64,000 bases of DNA from Pseudonocardiales bacterium. Its GTDB lineage: Bacteria > Actinomycetota > Actinomycetes > Mycobacteriales > Pseudonocardiaceae. The notes under the pieces are model-generated. The model saw nothing but the letters and a program-made list of their open reading frames with translations, ran no database searches and was not told the DNA's origin. The position numbers and the translations under genes were made by a program. Of this stretch, positions 20,678-29,414 are shown piece after piece (within the stretch, counting starts at the first letter, position 1; each line of letters starts with the position of its first letter). The stretch is taken from contig QHBZ01000217.1 in assembly GCA_003244055.1 (NCBI GenBank), positions 8,750-72,749 of the forward strand, written 5' to 3'.

Positions 20678-21192
20678 CGCCAACGACGGGAACACTCCAG
20701 CTGGCGGATCAGGCTGCACGTGTTCTCCGCCGACTACGTCGACCGGCCGCACAACCACCGCTGGACTTACACCAGCCACATCCTGACCGGCTCATACACC
20801 CACGTCCTCTACGGCACCGATCACGACCTCACCAACGAGGTGGACGTGGCCGCGCTGTCACCCCGCCTGGTACGCATTGAGGAGCCCGGCGACGCCTACA
20901 CCCTGCACCACAGCATGATCCACTCGGTGACGGCGCACGGCAGGCGGTCACGCTCATCGTGCGGGGTCCGGCGGTCAAAGAGCGGTTCGTGGTCACCGAC
21001 CGCGCCACCGGCAAAGCCTGGTGGCAGTACGGAGCCGCGACCGAGACGGCCGAGGCCGCCGCCGCCAAGCACATGAGCGACGACCAGCTCCGCGCCCGCA
21101 TCGCCGCGCTGAGGGCGACGGGGATTTTCGCCACCGCATCGCAACCCACCGCATCCCATAAGCGAAGCCGGCCACCAACCACACTCGCGTGA
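20678..21192 (+). pseudogene. cupin-like (HNHRW...H motif) hypothetical gene, frameshifted; the N-terminus is probably missing
   Basis: LHVFSADYVDRPHNHRWTYTSHILTGSYTHVLYG...HHSMIHSVTAHG continues as AVTLIVRGPAVKERFVVTD... after a shift near 20940-20946. The frame opens directly at the NUDIX stop. Confidence 0.5.
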
Positions 21193-21578
21193 AGTCGAGG
21201 TACACCATGCCCGCTGTCACACCGCGACCGGTCGGTGACCGGTGGGGCGATATCGAGGGCCGCCACATTTCCCTGTTCTCCCTGGTCGAGCAGGTCGCCG
21301 AGAGCACACCGCGGGGGCTGCTGCCCTCGCGGCTGCGCCAGCAAGGCCAGGTCGTCGGGCGGGGTGTCGATTCGCTTCATGTGCGCTTCGCGGACAACCA
21401 GGTGCTCAGCCGGCCGCCCCGTCTGCTGCGCCTGCTCCCCGACCAGCCAGCCGAAGACTCGCAAACTCAACTGGCAGGAAACGTCCGCGGCGTCGAGTTC
21501 ACGTCCCATAGCAGGGGTAATAGCCCTCGGGTCGTCGCTGCTCTTCGGCGATCAGCAGGGAACCGGGAACGTGCTTGA
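21189..21578 (+). CDS. hypothetical protein (possibly another remnant)
   Basis: GTGA overlap with the previous stop. GC3 is high for about 90 codons and then decays. The 3' end overlaps a convergent ORF. Confidence 0.3.
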   Translation: MKSRYTMPAVTPRPVGDRWGDIEGRHISLFSLVEQVAESTPRGLLPSRLRQQGQVVGRGVDSLHVRFADNQVLSRPPRLLRLLPDQPAEDSQTQLAGNVRGVEFTSHSRGNSPRVVAALRRSAGNRERA

Positions 21579-21807
21579 CCCCCGTCTCGGTCACCCACTC
21601 GTCGGGCCGGATCGACCTCGGGAGGACACGCCACTGGGTACGAAGCTCGGGCTGGTCCTCGACTTCGGGGCAGGGTTCGCCCCCGTCGTGCAACCCTGCC
21701 GGTGCCGGTTTCTGGGACCCCATGACCAGCGAGACACTGACCGTCGCCGAGGCGTGGTATCGGCGCGATGTGAACAGCGCGCCGTATCGCATCCGGAACT
21801 CCGCCAT
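21499..21807 (-). CDS. hypothetical protein
   Basis: MAEFRMRYGALFTSRRYHASATVSVSLVMG...LLIAEEQRRPEGYYPCYGT. GC3 is about 78%. It is divergent from the ECF sigma gene. Confidence 0.4.
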   Translation of the reverse strand: MAEFRMRYGALFTSRRYHASATVSVSLVMGSQKPAPAGLHDGGEPCPEVEDQPELRTQWRVLPRSIRPDEWVTETGVKHVPGSLLIAEEQRRPEGYYPCYGT

Positions 21808-21934
21808 ACCCGCGAGTGTGCGGCCAGGATGGCCCATCACACCAGAATTTTGAGGGCTACCCCGTCGGAGAACCGGTTCCCGGGACGACGATGAGAGTGT
21901 GCGGGAGCAACCACGGGTGCGGCCGGACCCGGCT

Positions 21935-22423
21935 ATGGGGTTGCTGGACATCTACGACACCGCGTTGCCCCAGGTCCACGGGTACCTGCTGTCTCGCTGC
22001 CGGGACCGCACCCTGGCCCAGGACCTCACCGCGGAGACCTTCCTCGCGGCGGTCGTCGGTGCCCGCAAACAACCCACGTCGCCGATCACCACCGGCTGGT
22101 TGATCGGAATCGCTCGGCACAAGCTCGCCGACCACTGGCGGCTGGCCGAGCGGGAGCAGCGTGGTCTGCGACTGGTGCACGCCGCTGGCAGCGAGCCCGA
22201 AGACCCGTGGGACGTCGAGATCGACACCGTGGTGGCCCATCAGGTGCTCGACGCGCTGGGCCCGCATCACCGGGCCGCGCTGACCCTGCGCTATCTCGAT
22301 GGCCTGCCGGTCGCGCAGGTCGCCGGGCACCTCGGACGCACCCTGCATGCCACCGAGGCGCTACTGGTTCGCGCCCGCGCCGCGTTCCGCACGGCCTATG
22401 AGGACCCGGAGGCGCTGCGATGA
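21935..22423 (+). CDS. ECF sigma-70 family RNA polymerase sigma factor
   Basis: Region 2 is AQDLTAETFLAAV...GWLIGIARHKLADHWR and region 4 is LTLRYLDGLPVAQVAGHLGRTLHATEALLVRAR. Confidence 0.85.
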   Translation: MGLLDIYDTALPQVHGYLLSRCRDRTLAQDLTAETFLAAVVGARKQPTSPITTGWLIGIARHKLADHWRLAEREQRGLRLVHAAGSEPEDPWDVEIDTVVAHQVLDALGPHHRAALTLRYLDGLPVAQVAGHLGRTLHATEALLVRARAAFRTAYEDPEALR

Positions 22424-22569
22424 CCGATCCGCGCTCCGATCCATTCTGGGCGCTCAGCCAGCCCATCACGCCGGTCGACCCCGACCCGGCGTTCGCCGCA
22501 GAGCTGCGCTCGCGCCTGGAGCGCGCCCTGCTCGCCCCGGAAGGATCAACCCATGACCACCACCTTTGA
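22420..22569 (+). CDS. 49-aa ORF coupled to the sigma gene (ATGA overlap); probably the detached N-terminal extension of the downstream VOC protein
   Basis: MTDPRSDPFWALSQPITPVDPDPAFAAELRSRLERALLAP. A 1-nt change in the C4 run 22535-22538 would join it to the VOC frame. Confidence 0.4.
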   Translation: MTDPRSDPFWALSQPITPVDPDPAFAAELRSRLERALLAPEGSTHDHHL

Positions 22570-23311
22570 CGCCCCAGCGCACACTCTGGGTAGCTACATC
22601 GCCGTCAATGACGCTCGCAGCGCGCTGGACTTCTACGAGCGAGCCTTCGGCGCCCGGCGCCGCGGTGAACCGATCGTGATGGCGGACGGTCGGATCGGGC
22701 ACGCGGAGCTGGCCATCGGCGATTCGGTTCTCATGCTCGCTGACGAGTTCGCTGAGATCGGCCTGCTGTCGCCGCGGACCCGCGGCGGTCCCAGCCAGTC
22801 GCTGTACCTGCGGGTATCTGAGGCCGCGGCGGTGGATGCGACCGTGCATGACGCCGTCGAAGCGGGAGCCCGGCTGGAGCGGCCGGCCGCCGATCAACCC
22901 TACGGTCGCAACGCCGTCGTGGTTGACCCCTCCGGACACCGCTGGATGATCGCCTCGTCACCCGCCGCGGCACCCACGCCCCGGCACGGCGATCTCGCCT
23001 ACCTCACGTACGCGGTGGCGGACAGCGCAAGGGCGCGGGCGTTCTACGGCGCGGTGCTGGGCTGGGCGTTCGTCCCCGGCCGGGTCGAGGACGGCTGGCA
23101 GATCGAGGGCACCAACCCGCCGGCCGGGCTGCACGGCGGCGCGGCCCAGCCGGGTATCGAGCCGGTCTACCAGGTCGACGACCTAGCCGCCGCGCTGGCC
23201 GCAGTCCGTGATCACGGTGGGCAGGCAGGTGAGCCGCAGCAGCAACCCTACGGCCGCATCGCCCAGTGCGTTGACAACCAGGGCACGCACTTCCAACTGC
23301 TGGAGTCGTAA
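22553..23311 (+). CDS. two-domain VOC (glyoxalase/bleomycin-resistance fold) protein
   Basis: Two repeats of the pattern YIAVNDARSALDFYERAFGA... and YAVADSARARAFYGAVLGW... Confidence 0.85.
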   Translation: MTTTFDAPAHTLGSYIAVNDARSALDFYERAFGARRRGEPIVMADGRIGHAELAIGDSVLMLADEFAEIGLLSPRTRGGPSQSLYLRVSEAAAVDATVHDAVEAGARLERPAADQPYGRNAVVVDPSGHRWMIASSPAAAPTPRHGDLAYLTYAVADSARARAFYGAVLGWAFVPGRVEDGWQIEGTNPPAGLHGGAAQPGIEPVYQVDDLAAALAAVRDHGGQAGEPQQQPYGRIAQCVDNQGTHFQLLES

Positions 23312-23468
23312 CCGTCCGCGCACCGAACCCTCATGAGGGGTAGCAGGGGTAGCAGCCTTCCGGACGTCGCTCTGATCGGCACCAGAGTTGAGGGCTGCCC
23401 CGCCAGCATCGGCTCGCACGCTGTTCCAGGACCCGGTCGGCGTACGTCGCATTCGCTTCTGCGTCAGA

Positions 23469-23870
23469 TCATGCGATCAGGTCGAAGGAGCAGCGGACGC
23501 CGCTGGCCGCGGCCAGCTTACCGTCGCAGGTGACCAGGGGGCCGTCCAGCCGCTCGGCGAGGGCGACATAGGCGGCGTCGTATGGGGTGACGTTGTCACG
23601 CAGCTCCCACATGCGGTCCAAGAGAGGAGCCAGCGGCATGCGTCGGATGGGGAAGGCTGCAAGATGCCGCAACGCGCCGGGCACGGCGGCCTGCAGCACG
23701 GGGTTGCCGCGCGCCATCCCGCGCAATGCGGAGACGACCTCTGCATCCAGATGCGCGGGAGCGAACAAGGCGTGCCCGGCCGCGAGTCCCTGCGCGACCG
23801 CCTCGCGGCGGGGATCGTCGGCGGCATAGAAGGCGGCCAACACGGAGGCATCGATCACGGCCAGACTCAC
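23469..23870 (-). CDS. vapC: type II toxin, PIN-domain VapC
   Basis: AVIDASVL start, the internal acidic residue in NVTPYDAAYVALAE, and a TCDGKL tail. Confidence 0.9.
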   Translation of the reverse strand: MSLAVIDASVLAAFYAADDPRREAVAQGLAAGHALFAPAHLDAEVVSALRGMARGNPVLQAAVPGALRHLAAFPIRRMPLAPLLDRMWELRDNVTPYDAAYVALAERLDGPLVTCDGKLAAASGVRCSFDLIA

Positions 23871-24097
23871 GACGCTTCGCGTACCTCTCGAACCGCCGCG
23901 GCCGCGTCCTCGAGGGTGATTCCGCTTTCCTGCGCCGGCGGGTAGGAGGCGACATATTCGGTTAACTTCGTCACCTGGGCGACCTCAGTTAACCGGTCGA
24001 CCACGAACGTACTCAGCGACTGGCGATTGGCTGCGGCTGCGTCGGCGAGAGCGGCATACACGTCATCCGGCACATCACGCAGATTCATCCTCTTCAT
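23867..24097 (-). CDS. vapB: ribbon-helix-helix (FitA/VapB-type) antitoxin
   Basis: MKRMNLRDVPDDVYAALADAAAANRQSLSTFVVDRL. 4-nt overlap with vapC. Confidence 0.8.
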   Translation of the reverse strand: MKRMNLRDVPDDVYAALADAAAANRQSLSTFVVDRLTEVAQVTKLTEYVASYPPAQESGITLEDAAAAVREVREAS

Positions 24098-24114
24098 GGT
24101 GCCAGTATGGCACC
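24098..24114. promoter_or_regulatory. 7-3-7 palindrome GGTGCCA-GTA-TGGCACC abutting the vapB start codon (candidate autoregulatory operator)
   Basis: Seen directly. Type II TA operons are typically autoregulated at such palindromes. Confidence 0.35.
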
Positions 24115-24128
24115 AAGGACGGTTCTCG

Positions 24129-24947
24129 TCAGCGGGCGGCCAGCTCGGCGAGTACGCCATCGGAGAAAACGGGCCAGGTGTCGCGGGCCCAGGAGCCGAA
24201 GTCGCGGGTGGTGAGCGCGATGCAGGCCGCGCCGGCCGCCGGATCCACCCAGAGGAACGTGCCGGACTGGCCGAAATGGCCGAAGGTCGCCGGTGAGTTC
24301 CGGCTACCCGTCCAGTGTGGGTTCTTGTGATCCCGCAGCTCGAAGCCCAGTCCCCAGTCGTTGGGACGCTGCATGCCGAAGCCGGGTACCACCCCGTCCA
24401 GGTCCGGGTACGCCACCTGGGTCGCCTCGGTAAGGATCTCGGGAGCGAGCAGCGTGGGCGCCTGCAGCTCAGCCGCGAACCGGGCCAGGTCCGCGCAGCT
24501 GGACACAGCGCCGGCAGCGGCGGAACCCGTCAGTTGCGTCGAGGACATTCCCAGCGGCTGTAATACCCCTTCGGTCAGGTAGTCAGCGAAATCGATCCCG
24601 GACCACGACGCCAGCGCGTCGGCCAGCACCACGAACCCGGTGTTGGAGTAGATCCGCTTGGCGCCCGGCACCGCCGAGACCCGCGGCGTGTCGTACTCCA
24701 GCCCGGAGGTGTGCGAGATGAGGTGGCGGACGGTGGATCCCGGCGGCCCGGCCGGCTGGTGCCAGTCCAGCGCGCCTTCCTGCACCGCCAGCAGCACCGC
24801 GTAGCTGGACAGCAGCTTGGTCACCGAGGCGAGCGGGAACGGGCGGTCCTGCGGGCCGTGGCTGCCTAGGACGACACCGCAGGCGTCCACCACCGCGACG
24901 GCCACCGTGTCGACCGGCCACTGCTGCACGCCGCTCAGGCTGTCCAT
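24129..24947 (-). CDS. serine hydrolase, beta-lactamase/transpeptidase-like family
   Basis: SVTK (SxxK) motif near the N-terminus. Start chosen at MDSLSG; the maximal ORF runs to 25115. Confidence 0.8.
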   Translation of the reverse strand: MDSLSGVQQWPVDTVAVAVVDACGVVLGSHGPQDRPFPLASVTKLLSSYAVLLAVQEGALDWHQPAGPPGSTVRHLISHTSGLEYDTPRVSAVPGAKRIYSNTGFVVLADALASWSGIDFADYLTEGVLQPLGMSSTQLTGSAAAGAVSSCADLARFAAELQAPTLLAPEILTEATQVAYPDLDGVVPGFGMQRPNDWGLGFELRDHKNPHWTGSRNSPATFGHFGQSGTFLWVDPAAGAACIALTTRDFGSWARDTWPVFSDGVLAELAAR

Positions 24948-24985
24948 GGCGAGCGACAGTACGACAGGCGTGACAAGATCAGTCT

Positions 24986-26083
24986 GTGCACTCTGATCGG
25001 CTGCTCCTCGGGCCCGGACCGTCCAATCCCTACCCGGAGGCGATGGAGGCGTTGACCCGCCCAGTGCTCGGGCACCTGGACCCCGAGTACCTCGCCCTGG
25101 TTGCCGATACCGCAAAACGGCTCCGGACCGTCTTCGGCACCCGCAACCGCCTCACCCTGCCGGTAAGCGGTACCGGGTCGGCAGGTATGGAGGCCTGTCT
25201 CGCCAGCCTGTTGGAGCCCGACGACCTGGTCATCGTCGGGGTGAACGGTTACTTCGGCGAGCGGCTGTGCGAGGTGGCCCGCCGGGTCGGCGCGCAGGTG
25301 CAGGCCGTGCACGCCCCCTGGGGGCGCCCCCTGGATCCCGAACAGCTACTCGACGCTCAGCGCCAGACACCGCACGCCCGGCTCGTCGCGGTAGTACACG
25401 CTGAGACGTCCACCGGGGTGCGCAACCACATCGCCCCGCTACGCGAGTTGCAGGACACCGACACGCTGCTGCTGCTGGACGCCGTCACCTCATTGGGTGG
25501 AATCCCGGTCGAGGTGGACGCCTGGGGTGTCGACGCCTGCTACTCGGCGACCCAGAAGTGTCTGGGCGCACCATCGGGAATCGCACCGGTGACCCTGTCT
25601 GAGCGGGCAGTGCAGCGGATCCGGGGCCGGGAACGGCCGGTCTGCTCGTTCTACCTGGATCTGAGCCTGCTGGATGCCTACTACCAGGGCGATCCGCCCC
25701 GCTACCACCACACCGCGAGCTCCACGCTGCTCTCTTCGGTGCACGCCGGACTTGGCCGGTTGCTGGCCGAGGGTCTGCCCGCGGTGTGGGAGCGCCACGC
25801 CCGGGTGGGTGAACGCCTCCAGGCGGCCCTGCCCGAGCTCGGTTTCGAACTGTTCGCTGAGCAAGTCCACCGGTTACCGCAGCTCACCACAGCCCGGCTG
25901 CCCGATGGCTTGTCCGACGCCGCCGCCCGCAAAGCCTTACAAGAAGACTTCAGCATCGAGGTCGGCAGTGGGCTGGGGCCGCTGGCGGGAACCGGTTGGC
26001 GAATCGGCCTCATGGGCCACAACGCACAGGACCGCGCCGTAACCACCCTCCTCGCGACGATCAAGGCTGTGGATAACCCGTGA
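24986..26083 (+). CDS. class V PLP aminotransferase (alanine-glyoxylate/serine-pyruvate type)
   Basis: LLLGPGPSNPYPEAMEAL at the start and SATQKCLGAPSG (PLP Lys). Confidence 0.9.
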   Translation: MHSDRLLLGPGPSNPYPEAMEALTRPVLGHLDPEYLALVADTAKRLRTVFGTRNRLTLPVSGTGSAGMEACLASLLEPDDLVIVGVNGYFGERLCEVARRVGAQVQAVHAPWGRPLDPEQLLDAQRQTPHARLVAVVHAETSTGVRNHIAPLRELQDTDTLLLLDAVTSLGGIPVEVDAWGVDACYSATQKCLGAPSGIAPVTLSERAVQRIRGRERPVCSFYLDLSLLDAYYQGDPPRYHHTASSTLLSSVHAGLGRLLAEGLPAVWERHARVGERLQAALPELGFELFAEQVHRLPQLTTARLPDGLSDAAARKALQEDFSIEVGSGLGPLAGTGWRIGLMGHNAQDRAVTTLLATIKAVDNP

Positions 26084-26089
26084 GTGGCG
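26067..26089. repeat. 23-nt module CTGTGGATAACCCGTGAGTGGCG, copy B (contains the aminotransferase stop codon)
   Basis: Identical to 19745-19767. Confidence 0.9.
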
Positions 26090-26122
26090 ATGCGAGCTAC
26101 AGCTCGCATCGCCACTCACGGG
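26077..26122. terminator. perfect 22-bp-arm palindrome between convergent genes (putative bidirectional hairpin terminator, REP-like element)
   Basis: CCCGTGAGTGGCGATGCGAGCT ac AGCTCGCATCGCCACTCACGGG. There is no U-tract. Confidence 0.6.
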
Positions 26123-26126
26123 CGCG

Positions 26127-26957
26127 TCAGCGCATGTCGAACGTCGCGGGGTCGGGGCCGGTCCGGCGGCCGGTTTGCAGGTCCGCGATCGCGGCCAGGT
26201 CTTCGGGGGACAGTTCGAAGCCCAGGATGTCGAAGTTCTCCCGGATCCGCACCGGGGTCACCGACTTGGGGATCACGATGTTGCCGATCTGCAGGTGCCA
26301 GCGCAGCACGACCTGAGCCGGGGTTACGCCGTGCTGCTCGGCGAGCCGGGTGATGGTGGCTTCGGACAACACCGCGCCCTGGGTCAGCGGGCTCCACGCC
26401 TCGGTTGCGATCCCATGCTCGGCGTGCTCTGCGCGCAGCTCGGTCTGCTGGAGGTACGGGTGCAGCTCAACCTGGTTGACGGCGGGCACAGTGCCGGTCT
26501 CGGCGAACAGCCGCCGCAGGTGCTCGACGGTGAAGTTGGACACTCCGATCGCTCGTACCCGGCCGTCCGCGGCCAGTTTCTCCAGCGCCTTCCAGGTTTC
26601 GACGTACCGGTCGACGGTGGGCACCGGCCAGTGGATGAGGTAGAGGTCCACGGTCTCCAGACCCAGCCGTCGCGCGCTGGCGTCGAATGCGCGCAGCGCC
26701 TGGTCGTAACCGTGATCGGAGTTCCACAGCTTGGTCGTCACGAAGATCTCGTCGCGGGCCAATCCGCAGGACGCGATCGCCCTTCCGACGCCCTCCTCGT
26801 TCTGGTACGCCGCCGCGGTGTCGATGCTGCGGTACCCGGTCTCCAGCGCGGTGGACACCACCCGCTCGACATCCTCCGGGGGCACCTGGAACACGCCGAA
26901 GCCGAGCTGGGGGATCTGTACGTTGTTGTTCAGGGTGATGGTGGGCACGTCACTCAT
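26127..26957 (-). CDS. aldo/keto reductase (2,5-diketo-D-gluconate reductase-like)
   Basis: IPQLGFGVFQV, YRSIDTAAAYQNE, LYLIHWP. Confidence 0.9.
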   Translation of the reverse strand: MSDVPTITLNNNVQIPQLGFGVFQVPPEDVERVVSTALETGYRSIDTAAAYQNEEGVGRAIASCGLARDEIFVTTKLWNSDHGYDQALRAFDASARRLGLETVDLYLIHWPVPTVDRYVETWKALEKLAADGRVRAIGVSNFTVEHLRRLFAETGTVPAVNQVELHPYLQQTELRAEHAEHGIATEAWSPLTQGAVLSEATITRLAEQHGVTPAQVVLRWHLQIGNIVIPKSVTPVRIRENFDILGFELSPEDLAAIADLQTGRRTGPDPATFDMR

Positions 26958-27064
26958 ACTGGGCCCAACATCTGGTCCGCGCGAATCGGTGCCGGCGTCG
27001 GAGGACGTCCTGCGCGACGATCCGCGCCTACCACGACCACGCCGCCTATCGAACGAGTGATTTC

Positions 27065-27778
27065 ATGATCATCATCGCTGGCCTGGCGATCGCGTTGAGT
27101 GCGCTGGTGCAGGGCGCGGTGGGGTACGGGATGGCCCTGGTGGCGGCACCATTGCTGGCGTTGGTCGACCCGAGGTTCGTGCCGGTTCCGTTGATCTTGC
27201 TGACGTCCGGGCATGCCGTGCTTGCGGTGATCCGGGACGGGCGCCACGCCGACTGGCGCGGGATCGGCTGGGCGATGCTGGGCCGGCTGCCGGGCACGGG
27301 GCTCGGCGTGCTCGCCGTCGTGGCGCTGTCGCAGCGGGTCTTCAGCCTCCTGGTCGGGCTCGGCGTGCTCGCCTGCGTGGTGCTGTCCTTGCTCACCTGG
27401 CGCCCCCGTCCCCGACCAACCTCGCTGATGCTGGCGGGTCTGGTCAGTGGGGCCGGGGGTACCGCGGCGTCGATCGGCGGCCCACCCATCGCATTGCTGT
27501 ACCAGGACGCGGCAGGCCCACGGGTCCGTGGCACGATCGGTGGCTACTTCGTCCTGGGGTCGGTGACCTCGATCATCGCGCTGGCTACCGCGGGTCAGGT
27601 CACCGGCGAGTCGTTAGCGACTACCGTAATGCTCACTCCATTCCTGCTGGCCGGTTTCGCGCTCTCGGGCCCGGCGCGCCGGCTGCTCGACAACGGCTGG
27701 ACGCGGCGCGCGGTGCTGGCGGTGGGCGCCGCCAGTGGCCTCCTGCTCATCGGTCGCGTGTTGCTGTCGAGTGGATGA
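27065..27778 (+). CDS. TauE/SafE family sulfite/anion exporter
   Basis: 237 aa, multi-TM, with VQGAVGYGMALVAAPLL and GGTAASIGGPPIALL. Confidence 0.85.
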   Translation: MIIIAGLAIALSALVQGAVGYGMALVAAPLLALVDPRFVPVPLILLTSGHAVLAVIRDGRHADWRGIGWAMLGRLPGTGLGVLAVVALSQRVFSLLVGLGVLACVVLSLLTWRPRPRPTSLMLAGLVSGAGGTAASIGGPPIALLYQDAAGPRVRGTIGGYFVLGSVTSIIALATAGQVTGESLATTVMLTPFLLAGFALSGPARRLLDNGWTRRAVLAVGAASGLLLIGRVLLSSG

Positions 27779-27779
27779 G
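27676..27779 (+). repeat. 104-bp direct repeat, copy 1 (3' end of the TauE gene)
   Basis: Matches 29415-29518 with 3 mismatches. Confidence 0.9.
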
Positions 27780-27834
27780 GACCTTCGCCGGCGGATACTG
27801 GGCCACGTGGATTGCCGACGTCGAGGAGCTCGGT

Positions 27835-28621
27835 ATGACTTCGCAGCGCAACCGCCGTCCCGATGACCTTGCCAGGGCACTGCAGCGTGCCGTCGAAGCC
27901 CGGATCGTCAGTTCAGACCAGGCGTTAGGCAGTGCTCGCCGCCGAGCGGGTCAGCGATGGAGTCCCCGGCGGTCACCGGCTGCCCGTGACCGAGGTGTTG
28001 GGCTACCTGTTCGCTGTCGTCGCTGCCACCACCTGGCTGGTGGGGGCACGGATCGCGGACGGATCGGAACTCGCGCTGATCAGGCGGCGTGGCGCGCGGT
28101 GGTTCGCTTCCTCGGTTGCAGTGGCAGCGCTCGCTGGCGAGGTTGTCTCGGATGTCGCCCACGCCGGGGAGTCCACGGTGTGGCTGTCGGCAGGGGCGGC
28201 CGCGGCTGTGCACGCGGCGCTGCTGTGGCGGCTGCGGGATCGGCCGGCGCAGCACTTCGCCTGCCTGGCAGGTGTGCTCGTCGCCGCCGGTGACGCCGCG
28301 GATATCGCTGGTGGGCCAGCTGCGGTCGGGCTGGCGGTCGCCGCCGCAGGAGCCGCATGGGTGGCCGGGGGCTGGATGGCGGTGCTGCCCCCGCCCGTTC
28401 TGGCCCTGGTGGGTGGCGGTATCGCGGTGCTCGCCGGTGCAGGAATCACCGTGGACGACTGGTCCGATGGCGCCAGCCCGCCGAACCCGTCGCCCATGGC
28501 GCGGCGAGGGCGAAGGCGTTCAACCCTGCTGAGCCGCGCTAGCGTCCGCGTCAGCCTTCACCAGATAGTGGCGCACCGTCTCGTCGGCAGCGTCCAAATC
28601 GTCCTGCGACGTGCTGGTTGA
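27835..28621 (+). pseudogene. membrane protein gene with a frameshift near 27926-27931
   Basis: GAGGAG RBS. MTSQRNRRPDDLARALQRAVEARIVSSDQA continues as AVLAAERVSDG...TEVLGYLFAVVAATTWLVG (multi-TM) only after removing one G. The 3' end overlaps a convergent gene. Confidence 0.5.
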
Positions 28622-29230
28622 ACCTTGGTAGTCGACAGCGAGGTGCGTCCATCGGCCCAAGTCGTCGTGCATAAAGCTCATGTCGTCCAGCCAGCCACGG
28701 AGTGCCTGTGGTTCGTTATCTGCCGTGAAGTACTTGTCAGCCTTCCTGAATGCATCAAGGAAACTCATGTCAAGCTCTGGACTCGAGTTTTTGAGGTAGG
28801 AGGCGAACCTTGCGGCTGCGGAACTCGGGTCCTCCATCGCCACCAGGCCCTCCCCTCCGTTGGGGTGCCGCGCGTGGCCGATGATCGCCTGGTCTTGCTC
28901 GAGGATGCTCCGGTAGTGAGCCACGCTCGCGGTCAGCACCGCAAAGGCAGCGTCTCGATCAGCAGGAGAAGCCGTTGCGGGTGAAGCCACCGTCAGTGAA
29001 GCTGCGGCGTCATTGGCCGGCGTGCTGGGCGTGACGGCTCCGAACGGGAATGCCACTTGCGAGCCGAAGACCAGGCCGAGGAAGAGCACGCACCCGGTCA
29101 CAGGTGGACCACGCCTCTTCGCTGATGGCCGCTGCGGCGGTGTCACAACATGGTAATCGGCCCTTGCGCCTGACGCGTTACCGTCGAGACCGGCCCAGCG
29201 ACAGATGGCACCTAACTCTGGCTGTGGCAA
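28520..29230 (-). CDS. secreted or membrane-anchored hypothetical protein, low GC3 (likely foreign)
   Basis: N-terminal anchor RRGPPVTGCVLFLGLVFGS. Codon usage is clearly poorer in GC3 than the neighbours. The start is uncertain. Confidence 0.55.
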   Translation of the reverse strand: MPQPELGAICRWAGLDGNASGARADYHVVTPPQRPSAKRRGPPVTGCVLFLGLVFGSQVAFPFGAVTPSTPANDAAASLTVASPATASPADRDAAFAVLTASVAHYRSILEQDQAIIGHARHPNGGEGLVAMEDPSSAAARFASYLKNSSPELDMSFLDAFRKADKYFTADNEPQALRGWLDDMSFMHDDLGRWTHLAVDYQGSTSTSQDDLDAADETVRHYLVKADADASAAQQG

Positions 29231-29414
29231 GCCGTCGTGATCTTTGCCTGGTTGCCTATGGCGTTCCGCAGCGCGACGGCCTCATCATCGAAGGATGATT
29301 CGAATGACCGTGAATTGGTCGTAAGTAATGGTGTTTGTGGGCGGAGGATTTTCCTGCTCTGGCTGACTACGCTCTGGAGCACCCGGCGCACGTGCCGTGC
29401 TGAGGGAGACGCTG

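Noticed and set aside
7653-22538. Programmed ribosomal frameshifting, or pure sequencing error, as the explanation for the many homopolymer-associated shifts.
   Set aside because: There are no slippery heptamers or stimulatory structures typical of programmed shifts. The affected genes also carry stops, truncations and fusions, while long conserved genes in the same window have no shifts. Sequencing error remains possible at individual sites and should be checked against the reads.
25937-26316. Two mirrored small ORFs starting MSGDAS.SSHRHSR on opposite strands, and the similar MSGGAS... start at 19758.
   Set aside because: They are translation artefacts of the palindromic repeat element at 26077-26122 and its relative at 19755-19803.
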